Below are positions 61,818 through 64,000 of a stretch of DNA of 64,000 nt, piece by piece (position 1 is the first letter of the stretch; each line of letters begins with the position of its first letter). The stretch is from Candidatus Poribacteria bacterium (GTDB lineage Bacteria > Poribacteria > WGA-4E > WGA-3G). Both the position numbers and the translations under genes were made by a program. The notes below the pieces were generated by a model. That model saw nothing but the letters and a program-made list of their open reading frames with translations. It searched no databases and was not told the origin of the DNA. Location: contig JAJEJA010000088.1 of NCBI GenBank assembly GCA_022828145.1, positions 40,100-104,099 of the forward strand, read 5' to 3'.

Positions 61818-62516
61818 TCAGTTCCCTTTTATTTCTGCCCACGTTTCTGTTGCCTTAACTTCTGCTGAGACGTTGAGACCAGAAATAGTAAACGAATCAA
61901 CCCAACCTTCAGCTTCCCATTCGTTAGCGATGTTGATTCCTTCCAAAACAAAACCGAGTATCTCTATCCGGTTGAAGTTTGAATCTTTGAATTTTGTCCG
62001 GAATTCTCCATCAACAAACAGCAGGAAGAAACCTGAGTTAAAATGCAATTCCATCTTATCTACTACGTCTGTGTTCCAACGTTGACGTGGTTCACGAGAC
62101 AACCTATACCGAAAAGGATGGCTGGTGCCTCTGCCGTTGAAACGTCGTGCTCTAATTTCATTCGGAAAAAACACATAATAGAACGGGTCTTCATCAGCAG
62201 TTTCAGGAAAACGTCGTCCTACGCAGAAACCGAAACGGAGTTTGTCACCCCCAAAATTCTTGATTGTAACGACAAAATCCCTATGGTGTCCGGGAAATGC
62301 TATGAGTTCATAGAGTTCATATCCAACTGCCCAGTCTCTATTGACTTCAATGCGTAACATACCATCAACCACTTTCCACACTCTTCTATCACCGATGTTT
62401 TTCCATGCTTCGGTATTCTCCATATCAAAGTCATCGTGCCATATATCTGCCGATGTGGAAACGGTGTTGCTAACGGATAAATACATGAGGATTAGTAAGA
62501 TCAGAATAGTTCGCAT
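61818..62516 (-). CDS. Secreted DUF1080/concanavalin-like jelly-roll protein with C-terminal 'KATETWAEIK' motif
   Basis: 232-aa ORF with signal 'ILILLILMYLSVSNTVSTSA'. 'WHDDFD...W...W.V.DG.L' opens like DUF1080. It is a paralogue of the 63307 gene ('RWNTDVVDKMELHFNSGFFLLF...ILGFVLEG'). Confidence 0.65.
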   Translation of the reverse strand: MRTILILLILMYLSVSNTVSTSADIWHDDFDMENTEAWKNIGDRRVWKVVDGMLRIEVNRDWAVGYELYELIAFPGHHRDFVVTIKNFGGDKLRFGFCVGRRFPETADEDPFYYVFFPNEIRARRFNGRGTSHPFRYRLSREPRQRWNTDVVDKMELHFNSGFFLLFVDGEFRTKFKDSNFNRIEILGFVLEGINIANEWEAEGWVDSFTISGLNVSAEVKATETWAEIKGN

Positions 62517-62535
62517 ATCTATACCTAAACGATGT

Positions 62536-63279
62536 TCAGTTGATTTTTATACAATCATACCATCTATGTGTTAGTTTTCCTCTACGGCTGATGATCCCGG
62601 GTTTACGTTCGACTGGGAACCCGAAGTCGCCATCCCGTTGTTTCAGTTCTTGCCAATCAGGTGGGAACCATGTTCTATATGTTTGGCAGTGTACTTCAAG
62701 GTCTTCTCCTTGCCAACCTCCGATTTTGAAGTACATTGGACAGACCCATCGTTCTCTCCCGCGTGCATACTGTCGCCATCCCATCACAGTTGCTTGTTGT
62801 CTTATGATATTTCCATCGCGCCAATGCCGTTCTATTCCACTCCACGGATAACCGGTTGTCCCGCCTCCAGTACTTATCTCACTCCACCCAAGATCGTCAT
62901 GCAACGTGATAATGGACACATTTGTACCCCACGGAGTGTTGTCATCTGCAAATGTCCACTTCTGTCGCCTGTACCAGTGCAGCGCGCCCCTAATATCAGA
63001 CTTAGATACCACTGCGTTTTCAATCGTTTCTACTATGTCAAAAAAGCCTCTATTGTTAAAGACGTTATGTGTGTCCTTACAAAGTGTGAGCGAGTTAATT
63101 TCGGGACCAAACCATTTTCCATTTTTGCCGGGTGTGCGATAATATGCACCGGACGCGGTTGGATTTGCACGTTCATGGGGGTTTAACCTGGCACCTGCAA
63201 ATTTACCCCAGAACGTAACAAAGATTAGTACTATCAATAAGAATAGATTAAAAATAAGGTCTAAATTCTTCTGTAACAT
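62536..63279 (-). CDS. Hypothetical membrane-anchored, Trp-rich protein
   Basis: 247-aa ORF with an N-terminal TM segment 'LIFNLFLLIVLIFVTFW'. No recognisable domain. Confidence 0.55.
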   Translation of the reverse strand: MLQKNLDLIFNLFLLIVLIFVTFWGKFAGARLNPHERANPTASGAYYRTPGKNGKWFGPEINSLTLCKDTHNVFNNRGFFDIVETIENAVVSKSDIRGALHWYRRQKWTFADDNTPWGTNVSIITLHDDLGWSEISTGGGTTGYPWSGIERHWRDGNIIRQQATVMGWRQYARGRERWVCPMYFKIGGWQGEDLEVHCQTYRTWFPPDWQELKQRDGDFGFPVERKPGIISRRGKLTHRWYDCIKIN

Positions 63280-63306
63280 AAGTGTGTAACATCTACCTGC
63301 ATGCGT

Positions 63307-64000
63307 TTAATCTTGCTTCAACTGTCCCCATGTTGTTGTTAATTTATCTTTTGCTGTTACAGGTAGTCCGGAGATTGTAACGCGTTCCACGTATCCTTCA
63401 CCTGTATTCGGCAAATCTGTAACATATCCGACGAGGACAAAACCGAAGAAATCAATCGTCTTTAGATTTGCATCTATAAAGTCCATGCGTGTTTCGTCAT
63501 TACCAAAAAACTGAAATCTACCTTCATTGAAGCGCAGTGTCATTTGGTAAAGCACATCAGTATTCCAGCGTCTGCCCGTACTAAGAAACACCTTTCCATC
63601 CCTTAATGCCTGCATATCATTTGTGAGAAATAGGTAATAACCTGTTTCCTTTAAATCCCCATTGTCATTTAGGAAGTGTTTACCAATCACTATACCAAAT
63701 TTGACGTCTCCGGCTGCTCCTATGTTTTCTGCTTTTATTGTAATGTTATTGAACTCTCCTACATGGTTAGTATATTCAAAGACTTCAAACATAGTCGTCC
63801 ACTGCTTTTTGGTGTTGATTTTTGCGCGCAAGTATCCTTCCTCAATTCGCCAGGTAGAATCATCTCCTCGTAATTGCCAATTTTCTTGCGTCTCAAGCTC
63901 GAATTCATCCTGCCATGTTACAGCACCTACGTCCCCTTGTAGAAGGAAGGGTAGGAGAAAAGCGAGACATAAGATGATTGACAGGCTGAGGCTGTTGACA
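63307..64000 (-). CDS. Secreted DUF1080/concanavalin-like jelly-roll protein with C-terminal 'DKLTTTWGQLK' motif (5' end outside the window)
   Basis: The reading frame stays open upstream of the track's TTG (63831) to the window edge. My translation of 63832-64000 gives '...SLSLSIILCLAFLLPFLLQGDVGAVTWQDEFELETQENWQLRGDDSTWRIEEGY', a signal peptide plus a DUF1080-like opening, so the true start is beyond 64000. Confidence 0.65.
   Translation of the reverse strand, partial: VNSLSLSIILCLAFLLPFLLQGDVGAVTWQDEFELETQENWQLRGDDSTWRIEEGYLRAKINTKKQWTTMFEVFEYTNHVGEFNNITIKAENIGAAGDVKFGIVIGKHFLNDNGDLKETGYYLFLTNDMQALRDGKVFLSTGRRWNTDVLYQMTLRFNEGRFQFFGNDETRMDFIDANLKTIDFFGFVLVGYVTDLPNTGEGYVERVTISGLPVTAKDKLTTTWGQLKQD

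Noticed and set aside
1-64000. Searched by eye for rRNA/tRNA genes, riboswitches (purine upstream of 12879; SAM/B12 upstream of 40118), transposases, integrases, phage genes, toxin-antitoxin pairs and known defence systems (RM, CBASS, retrons, Cas)
   Set aside because: I found no cloverleaf-like or conserved riboswitch core sequences in the intergenic gaps. No ORF has recognisable nuclease, methylase, reverse-transcriptase, cyclase or integrase motifs. Absence by eye is not proof, and Infernal/tRNAscan and defence-finder scans would be decisive.

Overview
This is a 64-kb, densely coding chromosomal segment from what looks like an uncultivated diderm bacterium. I call about 49 protein genes and recognise no rRNA, tRNA, CRISPR array, transposase, integrase or prophage gene. 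I also see no canonical defence or toxin-antitoxin system.

Gene content:
- 192-5394 and 12879-18186: oxidoreductase and catabolic genes. These include two MDR dehydrogenases, a TIM-barrel sugar isomerase, an adenosine-deaminase-like hydrolase, a DMFase-like protein, a PhyH dioxygenase, a YiaK/DlgD-like dehydrogenase and an FAH hydrolase.
- 1323-2960 and 6496-9330: an HtrA protease and an unusual lipoprotein with two trypsin-like domains and TPR repeats.
- 10930-12726 and 61818-64000: secreted LamG/concanavalin-like proteins that share a short C-terminal motif.
- 19440-32030: a 12.6-kb same-strand block in which every product carries a signal peptide or lipobox. It encodes a cytochrome P460-like protein, a TPR protein, a SurA-like protein, a Cu-SOD-like fusion, three WD40 propeller proteins and a Ycf48-like propeller.
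- 32218-34179: a BadF-type sugar kinase followed by murQ.
- 36347-38021: a TusA-like / DsrE-like / TusA-OsmC sulfur-carrier cluster.
- 39901-48107: a MetE-like protein, a DUF4432 protein, a porin-like beta-barrel and a BCCT transporter.
- 48759-57903: four consecutive secreted dockerin-bearing proteins (a YWTD propeller, two 14-blade WD40 proteins and a beta-helix). Two of them end in a T9SS-type C-terminal domain.
- 58643-60354: tsaD and tsaC.

Intergenic DNA is full of small palindromic repeats, most with a GTAG head (REP-like). It also holds 31-nt tandem arrays upstream of promoters, and a 34-nt hairpin cassette inserted precisely into two unrelated repeats.

The most novel-looking candidates are the exported dockerin/T9SS-CTD repeat-protein cluster with variable WD40 top faces, the shared C-terminal 'KLTTTWxxxK' tag, and the nested mini-insertion. 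All functional calls come from motif recognition by eye, with no database search. The eukaryote-like repeat content (WD40, YWTD, TPR, dockerin) resembles Poribacteria-like lineages, but that is speculation.
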